DNA from: Marsupella aquatica | Lineage: Eukaryota > Plantae > Marchantiophyta | DNA: 64,000 nucleotides | Assembly: GCA_973895155.1 (NCBI GenBank) | Contig: OZ316896.1 | Span: forward strand, 21,272,152-21,336,151 | Reading direction: 5' to 3' | Shown: positions 1-14,552 of the stretch, one piece after another | How positions within the stretch are numbered: position 1 is the first letter of the stretch | Layout: every line of letters begins with the position of its first letter | Made by a program: the position numbers and the translations under genes | Notes under the pieces: model-generated | The model's database searches: none | What the model saw: the letters and a program-made list of their open reading frames with translations, nothing else | Told to the model about the DNA's origin: nothing

Positions 1-3000
1 CCCTAAAGGACAATTTAAGTTTGAGTGATAGCAAATCAAACTCCACGGGACAGCTTCTATCAGTGTTTGCACATAAGGATGAATTTTTCTTCGGCTATTT
101 TCGAATAGGATGGGCCCCTCTGTCACTGCTAGATGACAAGAAGTTTGAGCAAAGACAACTTTTTGAACATAATCATGATCTAGAGGTAGGGTCTTATATA
201 CCTGGCTTCTCTTCACGTAATCATGGTCTAGAGGCTCCTCTTTCGGGTTATAGGGTGTTACCTGGCTTCAGTTTACATAATCTCTCATGGTTACTCATGC
301 CATTTTACTGCTTCCTTACTTTCACCCCTCTCGCTTACCTTTGTGGCTGAGATTGTCTCAACCACGTCTTTTTATTGTTATTGTTGGTTCAGCCCACTGG
401 CAGGAGATGGGCGCCACCATTAGTGATGCAAAGACCATAACCTAATCGGCATTTGAGCACACCAAAACATGTCTAAAGGCTACTGACTGACAGAACGCTC
501 TATGTCTTAGCACACCAAAAGTTGTGGGTATCTAGACTTTGCACCTGTCACCCACTAGGGTAAAGAATGTATGGAAGAAAACCAATGTCATCGAATTACG
601 TCAGGAAGATAAATTAAAGATTAGGTCTACCTTATCAAAGAAATGGTAGGAGATGTGATGGATAACGAGTTTCTAGGATGAAATGTGTTCACTTGGATAA
701 AGAATTTGTAGGATGATTCGGGAGTGTGTGGAAATCAGAGGCTGTGTGGAGAGTAATGCAGGGAGTGGAGTTGTGGGAGGTGGATCTGCACAGAGCTTAG
801 GAGACCATTGCAGTCCTTCAGTCATCCCTCCTTAGGGCCTTTTTGCTTGTGCAAGGTCCTTTGATTTTTGGCACTCAAATGAACCCGTGGCATCTCTAAG
901 CGAAGCGACAAGCCGGCAGTCCTGATGGCATCTTTGGAGGATATGCAAGGGAAAGGGCCAGAAATTTTCCGGCCGTTGAGGTCCTGAACTTTGAACTTTG
1001 AATAAAACAAAATGGCAGTAAATCTGACTGAATACACTCTTCACACATAAGCCGTTCTTGATTGTGTTTAGATCTTGGGTCCACATTTTTTCCCTACATT
1101 TGTGGGCTGCTAAGGGTTGCATTTTTCAGGACTCTTGCACATGCAAGATAGCCCTTAGGAGCTGAGGTTTGTTTTAGGGAGTTTCTTGCCACGGGCTGAG
1201 TTTAGGAAAATACTCTTTGCCACCCTCCTATGCACTTTCTCTTCAACTTTACAATACTTTTCAATTCTGTTGATAGGCTTTCAGTTCCTTTGTGGACTTT
1301 TGGCTCGTTGCTCTTTTGGGGGTTTTCTTTTTGTTTTCTCCCCTTTCTTGAAGTTTCCTAAAGTTCTGTCTAAAATTAAAGGCAAAAGGCGATTTTGCGA
1401 TTCAGTCTCCATCCAGTGTACAAGGAGCTGTGCAGAGAGGCAAAACTTGTGTTTGCTGCTCACTTCTCGTGCCAAAGGAATGCTGTGCTCATGTTGTAGT
1501 TGCTATGGTGGCTGCAAAAATCTCCATTTGTTTAAAGTGGATTTTGCACTGATTTACCTTTTGGCCAGAAAAGTAGTTTTGGTGGTATTATTTCCCAACG
1601 AATTTCCAAAGAAATCTATTGGGTCCCCTCTATTTGGGATCGCGTTTCCCACCTTTGACACTTTTTGTTATTAGAGAGTATGATATAATAATTATGTGTG
1701 TACTTGCAACTTTAATACCAGAAATGATTCACAACCTCTTTTCCTGTAGCATCGACAACGCTAAAGCCAAAAATGATTCACAACCTTTTTTCTCCAGAAT
1801 CTTCAGGAAACGGGGTAAAAAGTATTTTCCTGACAACATTGCAAACTGACAAGCATGCAAATCTGGGTGGCCAGGAAGGGTAGGGTTGGGTGTTGTGGTG
1901 TTCATCAACCATCCCTTGATGAAGCTTACAGGATGTCCAGACCCTAGGATCAATATAAACTAAGCAAAATTACAACACATTAAACGACTTTATAACAACT
2001 GTCTAATACCAAGAATGATTCACAACCTCTTTTCTCTGGACTCTTGAAGAAATGGGGGCGGGAACCTATGACTAGACAAAAAGATTGTCAATCTCATCCA
2101 CCTCTAATACCAAACATATGTCAATGTAGAAGGGCGTATCAAACCCTACTGCTTCCCTTTTTTTCATTCAACTGCTTTGAGAAATTTATGTCTGCAACCC
2201 AACTTTTGGGCAAACTTAATCAAACCCAAGGTTTGAGGCATGTTTCAACATGCTCCCATGAGTCAACTGGGCACCGATGATTTTTTAAATAGGCGCCCAC
2301 GATCCTTGAAGGCGCCAACAAATGTTGAACCAAATATTTTTGGCGCAGCGACCAAATAAAGTACTAATAATCACGTTTTGTGGGAACCAGAGACCAGAGA
2401 TTTTTGGTCCAAAAGCATTGTGGCTACGAGAAACCTTCGAGAATAAGCTACTCTAGTTTGAGACGCCCTGCCAAATCTGTAATACCAAAAAATAATTCAC
2501 GGATCGGAGGAGAATATAATAAAGCAGACAACGTCGTAAACTGGCAAGCATGCAAAATGTCTCGTCGGTGGGAAGAGCATGCAGTTTCATTTCCGGTGGG
2601 CAGGAAGGGTGGCGGCAAAAGCGCAGGTTCAAAGCTTTTACACGGAACTAGAGGTCACGAAGTGCGAAGCTCTGATCAAGATGCCGCCACCTCATGCACG
2701 AGTGCGCTGTGGCACATGCTGAAATCCGACGTGTCGTCATTTCGGCAGCTTAGCACCGTGACTCCCCATTCCACTCCATCCCGTATCTCCGCTTCTTTGG
2801 AGCCGGCCATTGACCAGATGATGGGCCCCAGGAGTGAGGAAAAGTGGCGCTCCCCAGGAACATTCCTAAAGTACTGCCGTTTACTGTAGTTTACTACCAG
2901 TATTTAATTCGTGCCCCCTTGCCAGTTTCCAAATTTATCCATGGTCAGAGCCGCCCTTAGGAGTGAACGCTCAACGAGAGCCATTGGTTGCTAATAGACC

Positions 3001-3742
3001 GCTAAATTTGGACTATTTACTTGGTGTCTGCTTAATTTGGTCCGACGCTGCAGGAATTCACCATCGGTGTGATCCAATTTACGCCAAACGGAATCTGCCT
3101 AAGACCTTGAAAGTACCAAATCTCATGGTGGGCTCGCCATTTGAAGTGAGGGTCAGACAGCTTAGTTGTTTTGAGTGACCAATATAGTGGCCAATATAAA
3201 GTGTTTGAGGGAGAAGATGCTCAGAAGATTCTTTATTAAGTTATTTTCCTGATAATCAGATCTCCTTAGATTTAAGGCTGACCTTTAGATTCTGGTTAAT
3301 GGGGCTTGGGATTAGGTGAAACACTGGCTAATGAGCCAGCAAAATACTAGCGAATTTTTTCCAAAAGTGACGAAGGATTTTTGGGGAGGTGGAATGTAGC
3401 GAATATTAGCCACTAAAAAAATTACTGGGTTAGAGGGTGGCTAGCAAACCAGGGTGAGGGTGTATTACGAGTCCAGAATTACCTGGGTTTCACTCTGGGG
3501 GCTGTTCAAAGAGGGCTTCCCATTACAGGAAGGGTGGCTAGCAAAACGAGAGTTCCTTGGAGTGAGCGCTGAGAGCATGAGAGTACGGTGTTTTGGGGCC
3601 GTAACCTGGAAAGATCTTTCCAAAAATTTACAGCAATGTCTTTAGCTTCATGAAAACTTGAGAAACTACTAATTTCTAATGATTACAGACCACTCAAGAT
3701 ACACATTTCGCGGATTTGAAAGGTTTTGAGCCGTTAACGTGT

Positions 3743-3825
3743 ATATTCAATTTCTTCCTCTATAGGCAGTAGAATAGGCTAACATGGATATTCAATGTCT
3801 ACCTCTATAGCCAATAGAATAGGCT
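3743..3825. repeat. 45-bp tandem duplication (2 imperfect copies)
   Basis: atattcaatttcttcctctataggcagtagaataggct at 3743 and atattcaatgtctacctctatagccaatagaataggct at 3788. Confidence 0.75.
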
Positions 3826-5146
3826 CTTTTTGGCTAACTACAAGCAAGTGGAATACACCTAATGTATTCAAATTCCATTGACAATTGAAACTTACCAATT
3901 TCCAGGTGGTTGACTAGATTTCTAGTAAATTCAAATTTCAAGTGAGACTTTCTACTTTCCAGGGGATCGTCTTGATTTCTCGGCACATTTGAAATTCCAT
4001 GGCCTTACTAGACTCCAGATGGTTTTCTAAATTCCTTGTCACACTTCACCTGTGTAGTATCCACCATCATATCAGCAGTCCATCCAGGTCGCCAAAGCTG
4101 ATCACTCGTCAATGTCATACGTACCATACAAGATCAAAGAGAGTTAACATTCCATCCAAGGTTGCCAAAGTCTATTCAGCGTTTTAGCATTCTGGGTCTC
4201 GCCGAACGTCCCATATATTGACAATCACTAGCGAGAATTTGTGACATCCAGAGTAAGTAAGAGCTTTCGGACTTTTGTGGTCTCATTAAACGGTGGAATT
4301 CCATGAGGGGTCCCACTTATATAAAATTTCTCCCGACACTTCAAAAATAGCGCTGTATTCCCTGAGTCCTAGTCTGCCGGGGACATGGGCTCAAAATGGA
4401 GTTGCTGGCGGTAGGTCACTGGCAGATCGTGTCCTGATGATTCACTGATCGCCCACTTTTCGAGGCCAGCAGAACTGAGAGAGATCCAAAATGCAGCTCA
4501 GGAAAGAGAGGAAGGAAGTAAGGAACTCAGAGGAAGAAGAGGCTACGAGTAAATTTCTGATCGGCAATGCAACTCTGGCTTGCAAGAAAGAAAAGATCGG
4601 ATGTACAGCACGGACTAAGAACAAAACTACGAAAAGATTTCGAGAACGGACTGCAGTTTTCAAGGAACAGACGAAAATGAGAGAGCATCCAGGAGAGGGG
4701 GAGAGCTGATACTAACAAATGCATGCACGCTATTGAAAACAGACAACTCGAGGTTACGAAATTTCACCAAACCGGCGATAAAGCTCAGTCAACTCATCCA
4801 TGTACATGAACACGGGCAAACTGATGGAGAATTACGTGCTTCAAAAGACTCTCCCTCATCATTATATCATTAAGAATGAAAAAGTTCCAAACAACAATAC
4901 AGACAAGACGAGAAGTTCAATTTACAAGAGCGTGATGACAAATGAGAGCCCGCACGGTTGGGAAAATTCCGATTCATAGTAATGGCTACTTCCTACGATA
5001 AACTAAGATGCTGAAGTGGTAAGTAACTTGGTAACATGAACCTAGACGGTACCAGCAATGTGCCCGTCATAAACGATATTGTCTATTGCATTCTTTACGA
5101 CACCGTCACGGTTTCGTATCCACTGCTCGGCTTTATGAACAAACGT

Positions 5147-6574
5147 TCATTCGGATTGCGTGAGCTTGTCAAAATAGCTTACAGGGAGCAGCGGTAGGTA
5201 CTGTGCAAGGGGAAGCCCACTCTGTTTCAGGCTAGTGAAGATCTCATTCACTTTCACAGCTCCATATCGAGCAATGGTCAACACTTGAGGAACCAAAGGG
5301 AATGTAATGGCCTTCTTGTAGGCTTTGACGCCATAAGTTTCGGCAACGGGCTCGTACTTCTCGTAGTAGCCCATCGCCGTGCTGTATAACCCTCGACTTT
5401 GAACATCGGAGACGGTAGACTTGGCAGCATCGAACGCCTGGAAGCCTGTATCTTTCACGTTTTGGGGAAGCTTGGCATCTAGGTAATTGACGACACGGTC
5501 CACCTGCAAACAGTGCCAAAGATGAGGACACGTTAGTACTGTTTCAGCAATACAATATTTAGATAATCCAGAGACGGACAATATCCCTCCAATGATAGAA
5601 TTCTATTCGACACGGCAAGGATCCAATTTAAGTCCAAAAGTGGGATGCGCACGGCAGTTCGGGCGCTCAAAAAAATTCATAATATATACCTTCTGGTCGG
5701 CGAACACCAAAAGCTCGAAGGGCTTTCCCTCAATTTTCTGATAAACGGGTCCGACGACTGTCTTCACAGTTCCCTCCACGCTATCTACGCCAGGCTTAAG
5801 AGGGCCGCTGCTCTCCTTGGCATACTCGTAGAAAGAACTGACATACGTTGTCACAGTGACCACAGCCCATGGCAGAAACCCAAGATACTTCAGGGATGCA
5901 GACGTGGTGGAGGCTGTCGCCTGAAATGCAAGAAAGATTTAATGCTTAGTATCCAATTCTTATTTCGTGCTGGGTAACGAAGCCAAAAGAACAAAGTGCA
6001 CCTGCCGTATGCTCGTAAAAGCAGGGAGTCCACACTCTTCGACAACGAGCACGGATGTAGAAAACAAATCAATCGAGACACTCTAGACAAAGAGCAATAC
6101 CAAGTAGAGAAGCAACTAATGCGAGGCGCCTACAACAATACCATGCGCCACCGGATCATCGAACTGAACAGAAAGAAACGACGACTGGAACCAAGGCAGA
6201 GCAGGAGTTCTAAGATATCTTGGAAGAGGATTTCTTAACTATACAGTTCGTGAAATGTAGAAGACGGTCACCTCGGCAAAAACTCCGATTAAGACATCCA
6301 CACTTTCTAATAGACATTACTTCACGATACATCTAATGGGGTTGGAACGAGATTCCTAAAATCCGTGCAGGCCGCATTCAGTTTCTTTCCTCCGCCTACA
6401 CCAAACGGAACTACAAACTGAAACTAAAACTAAAACCCCCGACAGAAAGATCAGTCCAAGAAAAACCCACAGACCAGGTGCATCAAAGCACACTACGAAC
6501 AACAGCATCAAGGCTCGACGACACACGCTTCCAAATTAGCAACAAACCTGTGCACTTGTTTCCTCTGCCGCCAT
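5147..6574 (-). CDS. REF/SRPP-family lipid droplet-associated protein (LDAP), about 204 aa, 3 coding exons
   Basis: Exons complement(6548..6574, 5690..5920, 5147..5503) with GT-AG introns and continuous frame. MAAEETSAQ|ATASTTSASLKYLGF...YEYAKESSGPLKPGVDSVEGTVKTVVGPVY...FADQK|VDRVV...YEPVAE...PLVPQV...YLPLLPV matches the rubber elongation factor domain signature. Confidence 0.93.
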
Positions 6575-7018
6575 CTCGTTCGTTCCTTCGGACCTTCAAA
6601 TTCGATTTCCGCCCAGAAACAAGATGATCCGCGCTTTCGCTGCTTCTCCTCTGTGCGTACCGTAAGAGTAAACTGATGAACGAGTAACCTCGTAATTCGG
6701 CAGATTAATACCGCCCACAGAGCAGAAGAATTCGAAAGAAAAACCAACACCAGAGAGGACGCCGATGAGAAGGAAAAAGCACCACTGCGAAGGAACCGAG
6801 GCGAGCCCTGTAGGGGAAGGTGAAAACAAGCGAAGAGTGAAGGGACGGGAGGACGAGGCAGGGAACAGCTGGGACAGGCAAAGAGGGACGAGGCCACGGG
6901 GGTACTGCAAGGTACAGGGGCAGAGGAGCGGCGGGATGGGCCTGGCAGTGGGGCCCAAGACGAGGGTCGCAACGACACCTGGACGGAACGGAATATAGCG
7001 CTAGTGACGATCGATCTT

Positions 7019-7263
7019 GGGGGCGAAACAGACCCGGTGAGGAGCGGAGCCGATCCACTCGGGGGCGGAACAGTCCGAGATATTCACGCTTTTGATTGGT
7101 CCCATCGTTCTAGGAAATTGGCCTTAACTCGAATCCCATGGAACCGAGCCCTGAAGACCACCGTTTGAGGGGCCGAAACAGACCGGTTAGGTAGACGGAC
7201 GAGCATCTACTGGAGGGCGAGCAAACAATGACAGGGCGAGCATTTTGGGGGGCGAAACAGACA
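7019..7263. repeat. GC-rich dispersed short motif GGGGCGAAACAGAC (4 imperfect copies) upstream of the REF/SRPP gene
   Basis: Copies start near 7019, 7061, 7169 and 7247 in a GC-rich block. Confidence 0.55.
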
Positions 7264-10200
7264 GGGCAATGAAGGACCATTTAGGGGCGTCGTGAGGGGC
7301 CGATAAGGACGGAGCAACGACTAAAGGGTGTGGGACTTTGAAGATAAACACCGGACAGTTGAGGAGGGCGACGTTTTAGGGGGCAGTCAAGTTGGGCCAG
7401 GCGGGCAAGGAACCTTCCCCCGCGTGAACGAACCGATCTTGTCAATCGTGTTACATCGACGGCTCAAGATTGATTCTTAATACTATTATTATTTGGTGCC
7501 AAACGCATATGTTAGGTCCGGTCAAGCTGGTGAAAGGGGGGGGGGGCCGCGTCTGGAAAGTTTTATGCAAGGTACGTTTGTCATTGCATTTGGATGCAAT
7601 TTACTTTTACCACTATCATATGCATATCTCGTCAAAATTCAAGTGCTCCATGCTTGTTTACTTAATTATACTCTTCTTGATTTTCTCCTTTGTAATTTTC
7701 AGTGCATTTATGGTGAAAAATACAATTCCACAGCAAAGATTTAGATGAACTCATTATCAAAACTTTTCTCAATTTGCACAAAAATTAGGAATAACAAAAC
7801 AAGTACTGTAGACCATAAATGAGCAGCAAGGCACAAGGAAGCAAAGGATAGGGCATGAGGGAGAGGATCAGAATGCAGAGTCATTTATTTTTATTTTAAA
7901 AAATATTTTCTCATTTTTGAAACAGAAAAACACCAGGCCATAGACCTCCTCAACATCTTTCTTTTGCATCATAGATCACCTTCTGATGAGGATTGACAAG
8001 ATGTTTTTAAGCCATAAACAATGGATGGCATAGATTGCAGAAAGGATTGAATCAACGGCCAGGAAGGCTTGAATTTGTTTTACTTTCATTTAAAAAGTAT
8101 TCAACCATTTTCAAAACAAAAAAAACTATCCGTAGATCTTTCTTTTGAGCCCTAGATCAGCCACTAAGGTGGATGGATGAGATTTCTGGAGGTGAGAAGA
8201 CAGACACTCAGATCTCCTCTTCCCAAAAAAATTCATAATTTGAATTCGGCCAATGCCCAAGAGCTGACCACTAAAAATACTTTCTTTGTGTCAAAGAAAT
8301 GACAAGTATGCTTTTTTTCATTGGTTGGTACTCTCCCATTGAAGACAATCAAAAAGTATAAATCATTAGAGGCTTGACAAGCATCATAAATAAATGCCAC
8401 AAAAAATGAGTATACCTAACGTAGGTGCTAGCAGCAGGGGAAGTACAGGTAGCCAAATAGAGTAACAAGGGTGGTTGAGAGGAAGATAGGATGACTGGAG
8501 CAGATCCCTGGACATCAATTCAACTTTGCTTCAATCGATCAAATCTATTCAACTTCATTCTCTTGATTAGGTCCCCATAGAGCATATGAAAATGATCAAG
8601 TATTTCACAAACACAAAGTAGAAATCCATGGCTGAAGATCAAACACCCACTAAAAATCACCTGCAACAATGCCAGGCTCATGGGAAAGGCCTAGGACTCA
8701 GAGGGGCTTCAAATTAACTTGAGACCACTACTCACGAAAGGCAACCGGCTTGCACGAATGGACTACCAGGTGACCAACAAAAGACATCCACCGCCGGTGT
8801 CAATACTGTTATATGTTGAGGACGCCACTCTCGTGGAGCCCTTAATATGGTGAGTTGTGGTATTAGTGTATTAAGCTCTGCTACCAAAGTATTAGCAATA
8901 ATAGTCCCTCAAAACTCATTTTGGGCAACCTCATACATCACAAATTAAAACTCATTCAAGGTGAACTCCTCTATCAAGGCTAAAATGTTAATAACATGTA
9001 TCATGACCACGGTGCTAGCTGTGTGTGCCCATTGCTGACCCAGATCAAAGAACAATTAATAGGAGCCAGAGATTGACCAATTGTTGGGTCACTGGCAAAG
9101 CAGCAGAGTGGGGTAGGGCATGTGTAAGGTTTAAATCCTACCATTTTGACGCAAACCAGTGCATGCACCCCACCAAAATCTGGGGTACATTCAGTTTCAT
9201 GTTGAGTAAACGAGCGTTATTTTTAATAGATAACATGCACATGTGCAACATTCACCAGACACACAGGGCTCCTTCTGGCCTGATATAATGCAAAGTGCTG
9301 AATCGGGCTGAAGATCCATTTTTTTAGAATTCTGTGCACAAAATTCCTCTATAGAATTTGATATAGATGAGGTGTCCAATCTTATATAAAGAGAGCAGCA
9401 TTACATAGATTTATTACTCCCCCAACATAAACTAGATGGCGGCCGGTGGGTTCTACACCAGATTATAAGCATTCCGAGGAGAGCACCTTGTATGAGATGA
9501 GAGACAATAAGAAAGGACGCAAGGATGATCTTCTCTGAAGTGATAGCAAACAGTTGAAGTAGTCGACAAAGTAGATACATGGCTCACCTTGCCAAACATT
9601 ACATCCACGAGATGCTTGACAAAGAGCTTTATTGAACTTTAAGCTTTCACCATCTAACAATTGGCTCTTTAACAATGAGCCTAAGTTCTACTCACTAACT
9701 AAGTCCTCCTAGTGAATATAATTGTGACAACATCTAACCTTAGCCAAGCACCTGACTATGGATAGAGCAACCATGATGAAATAGCCACTCTAGACCGAAG
9801 AGTATGTGTTTAACATTTCATGCTTAGACAAAATGAATATCATCCACTTCTTGTAGGTAGCATTGATAGAAACTAAGGGCTGTCGGTAGTGAGTACAAAA
9901 CTTGAATTCAAGACTCAAGTTGAAGCTCTAGTTCTTTATTAATTTGGGGCATTATGACCCCAATTATGACACACGATACCTTGTAAACAGGACTTCATTA
10001 TGTACAAAGAAGTTGTGCATGAGAAGAAGTCATGGTTGTTGGATGATGGGCCTATATTTCCTGCACCGTTGGATTGCCTCTAGACTCATCATAATGCCTG
10101 CCCACTTGCCTCCATCACCCAATGGCAAGTTTAGGACCAACTGAGGCATTTGGCCATACATATAGTGGAGGGAAGCTTCACTGTGAAGCAACAAATTGCT

Positions 10201-11789
10201 CAACAGTCGTTGGTCAGATCTGTTGCTTTCATGTCTTTGCCGTGCCTCAACATCTTTCTCTTGCCTTGACATCTTTCTCTCGCCTTGACATGTTTCCCTC
10301 ACGTTAACATCTTTCCTTTGCCGTGACATCTTCCCCTTGCCTCTACATCCTTGTCTCTCCTTGACTTTGTTGTGCACATACACATCGCTACACAACATAC
10401 ATCGTTTGTTACACACATCCAAACATATCCACAATGCAACATCACAAACACAAGAGAATGGAATACAAGTGGAACTCATGTCCACACATGTCCAAAACCC
10501 ACAATAATCTTCACAACAATCGGCACGATGATCTCGGTCAACAATACCCCATCGATCCCGCACCGATCCGATCACACACATATGTCAAGCCAACGCACCT
10601 TGCACGCTCATAGTCACCATAGCCACACTCGAGCTCCTCTCTCTCCAAGGCTCAACATCAAAAGATGACCTTTCGATGCCTCACAAGGGAGAACTACTCT
10701 CCCACACAAACCTAATGGAACCCTATCGGCTCCAATAGCACACATACAAAATGTACATATTCAACTAGCACAATATACTACAACAACATCTAGGATGGTG
10801 TGACAGCTTTGGGCTTGAAATATTTGTCTCACCTAAAAATGTGTTGTGCAACGCACAGGCATTGGGCTAGTTTGTTCATCATATGGGCCAAGCCATGACT
10901 CAAAATTAATATCTCACCAAGACCCACATTATACACAAACTGCATCTAAAAACAATTCATGTTTATTATGAAATCACCAAAAAATGGTTTCAGGGTCTGA
11001 GGGTCCTCCAATGGGAAACGAGTGAGAGAGAACGTGAGAGAGCTTCCAGGGTAGGACTAGTGATCACCTAGGCAAATACACACTGGCCACTTAGTGGCAT
11101 ACCCCTTTTAGACTGGCAGCTTTGGTCTAAGTGGGTCCACGCCTTAGAATTTAGCCAACCTCATTCAGTGGCTCACATTTCATCTAGTTTCCTCTACATC
11201 ATAATTCTATGAAAGAAGGTAGGGGATCTGGGACAGAATGAGTCGGGCAAATCGGACTGAAAGAATTATCTTTATGCAACCCTATTTTGATTCTTGGCGT
11301 GAGTAATATTCTGATGAGTTGGAAATAAAAAAAGGTTTGCAAGTGGCAAGGGTTGTCAATCATTAGATAAGAACTATGGCTCAACCTTGACAGTTACGAA
11401 ACCATTACTTACTCTAATTGAACGATGATTAGTTAAACCCTAGAAATAATTATTAAACACAAGCGCCTCTTAAAAGTCCAATTTTATGTCATGGCTTCGA
11501 TTTTCATATTCAATCGGAAAGCACTTCTCCAGGTAGGTACGTACTTATACTGCTAGATTCTGTCAAACTATCCTACCATGTACTGTGAGAATGGTCCCAT
11601 CAAGAATCTTCTCACGAGGTAGCCATGCACTTTGCTCTTGCTCTTGCCATCTTGTCAAAACCTACAGTAGCTGTTTCACACCTTAGTAGACTAGGCAGGA
11701 ATTTTCCAAATGGAGGGTTCACATCTACATTGGATAGATGCAAATCCATAGGAGCGGTTGAAGTGAAAACATAGTAGGAAAGTCTTTGC

Positions 11790-11882
11790 ACTCTACATTG
11801 GAGACATGCAAATCTCGATGCAAAACCATTCCAACATTTCAACTCTACATTGGAGACATGCAAATCTTGATGCAAAGCATTG
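11790..11882. repeat. 52-bp tandem duplication with a partial third copy near 11722
   Basis: actctacattggagacatgcaaatct(c/t)gatgcaaa at 11790 and 11842. Confidence 0.8.
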
Positions 11883-14110
11883 AAACCATTGAAATGAACA
11901 CATCCTAAGAAAGTCCGCATGAGTTGCTTCCACTTGTCGATTTGCAGTGAAGAGCCCCCATTCTAAACAACAAAATATCACTCCACATGTCGATTTGCAA
12001 TAAAAACGGGAGGATCTGAAAAATGTGATATCATAGGAAAGTCACAATGCTTGTCGTCACTGCCCTGTGGCTACTGTAGTTGTCATTATTATCAAAATTT
12101 TGCCACTTGCGTTATATATCTCTCGAAAGCATCTAACTAATAATTCCAGATAAAAAGCCACAGTCTAGAGCCAAGTGTCACTCTGGGATACTGGTGAGTT
12201 ACAGAGTGAGGCAACTGGTGGGGAAGGCCATGGTGGTCAGAAGCAAAGCTTAGGGACTCAGGCTAGTCTTATTCAAAACTCACTCAGCACCAGAGGTTTT
12301 CCACGCCTGCAAGCCGGTTGTGTGGTTCTCTCAAGAGCGGGTACCCCTAAAAAAAAAACCGATGAGAATCAGCAATGGGTCAATGAATATCAATAAATGT
12401 TTAGACGATTACAATTGCAATGTCATGCTTTTGAGGATTATCTTTATGGGTTACAATGTTAGACAAGTGGTTGCCAGGAATTATCTCCATTCCCTGATTT
12501 TTAAGGCTCGAACTTCAATATTTCCTAGACAATAAGGGATTCTTTAGTATTATATTACAAGCAAAAGGGAAAATACATATTTTCCTCTACATTAAGCAAA
12601 GTGCATTGGTGCAGTTTTGTATGTTAAGTGAAGTAGTGTTGTCAGGAAAAGTCACAACTCTTGCGACTGTCATTCCTCACCACTCCTCTACAAGCATCTT
12701 CCAGTATGCTTGTCAAAGGTCCCTCACTGGCCAGGACGTAAACAGGTAGAGCCCCAAGGTCATGTCTCTGAGCATTTGAAATAGCCTTATATCACATACC
12801 TGCTCGCAAAGACATGCCCAAAGCTTCCCACAATGTATGACAATGCAACTAAAGACATTATAAAGGGACTCGAGCACTTCATGCCCGAGAAAGAAAGGAC
12901 GTGAAAGTTTTCTTTTCTTTTCCTTTTGTCCTCAAGCATGGAGGTAGGTGCCGTAAATGTGGAGGGAAAGCTTAATACCCAATGACTGCCACACCTAAGT
13001 ACGGGGCCCATTGTTTTTTTTATTCACTCCTACATAAATGCAGACCCTGTAATGAATGGAAACAGCTGTAGTTGGTTTTACAAGAACCAGGGGGCCCATT
13101 TAGGGGCCCTATTCAAGTATCACGCCCTACATGGGAAGCAGTGGACCCAACTAAATGCTGATGTGGACTTGGATGCGGAGTGCTTATATTCTTTGAACTG
13201 TTAGCACACCTCCAGAGGTGTCCAAAGTGTATTGAGCTTCATTTCAAAGGATTCTTGGTCTAGTTTAGCTTTGCAAGGAGAAGTGGCCCTCCAATTTGGT
13301 TTTGTGGAAAAAAATTCACAAATATCCCAACTTCTTGTGAAGCCACCTAAAAGGGAAAGTAGGGGAAGAGACAATTTGGAGCTGAAATCTTGGAGCTGAT
13401 ATCTCGCAGCCCTGTAAATAAGAAGACAAGTAAAGGTCTTCTTATATTCACACAATTTTATTACCTAGAGATTCCTGAAAGAAGGAGTCACCTTTGCATG
13501 GAAGAGTTTTGTTTATACAGGTGAAATTCTTCCTAAATAAGGTTCTTGGCCCACATGTTCTCTTTGGAAAGGACTTATGAGTGAAGTTAACTGTTAGTAT
13601 GGCACGGCGAGCAGGAGATTTAGGGTAATACTGCTGTCAGTTCCAACAATAGATTAGCTCGTATACAAAAACAGGGATTTACAGGCTTATTGATTTACAG
13701 GTTTTACTATATTGCCACTTGTATTCAATTATTGACTGAAATATTTAAAGATTCATTAGTACAATGCCACACATTTTGTCATGACTTCAGTGACTTAACC
13801 CTGGTTAACGGCATAAGATCTTCTGGCCATGAGATTGCCACATTGGAGAATTTGTGGTTCTGATCATTATTGGAACACTGCACTAGGGAGCATCTCTGTG
13901 AGGATGGAGGAGAGCAGTCTATAAGTAGAAGGGCCAGGCTGGCGTGGAAAATGCAGGGAATTAAGACTCCTGCCCTGGTGGACCAGGATATAGTGAGAAT
14001 CCATCAATCTGATATGTGTAACGGAAATCTTTGGATTGTTTAATTCTACAAATTTTCAGGGCTGCGAGATTTCTTGTTGCTTACATGAATTGACCCCTGA
14101 CCAAAAAAAG

Positions 14111-14222
14111 TGGCATGATCCAAGTTAATTTCAGAAAGGTGATATGTAAATATACTCCCCCGAAAATTGGCATAAACCAAGTTAATTTCAGAAAGCTGAT
14201 ATGCAAATATATTCCCCCAAAA
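14111..14222. repeat. 57-bp tandem duplication upstream of the stomatin-like gene
   Basis: tggcat....ccaagttaatttcagaaag.tgatatg.aaatata.tccccc at 14111 and 14168. Confidence 0.8.
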
Positions 14223-14552
14223 AGGGTGAAACCCCTATATGTATTTAGTTGATTAGAGGGTACTCTAGTAAAAGCCTGAAAACAACTGTCGTTCAGGTTT
14301 ACGAGCAAAGAGGTCCTCAATAAAACCTCCGTGTCCAAATTCCTCCGTTTCGTACTCTCTACGGTTTCTTGGGTTTAGGTCTGCACGTTTGTATTTGGAA
14401 TTCCAAATTCCTTCACAAATTCCGTGTTGCTGGGCATTCAGGCTGTCACATTGGATTATTGGAAGCAGTGGAGGAGGATGGCGACCAGGAAGGCGAAATG
14501 CTGATGACCTTGCCGCCGATTTTGCTATGAGAGTGCGCAATCCGACGACACC

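Noticed and set aside
6508-7058. ORFs of 117-156 aa upstream of the REF/SRPP start
   Set aside because: Translations of the CT-rich 5' UTR and promoter, with no domain signal.
7098-7146. tRNA-like fragment (GGTCCCAT...TCGAATCCCATGGAACC)
   Set aside because: Only about 48 nt, with no anticodon arm and no GTTC T-loop; probably a chance hairpin.
8400-13560. Possible hAT and LINE remnants (for example DTSSISNS, LWTPLEVC)
   Set aside because: Isolated short peptides with no ordered set of motifs; cannot be assigned without a database search.
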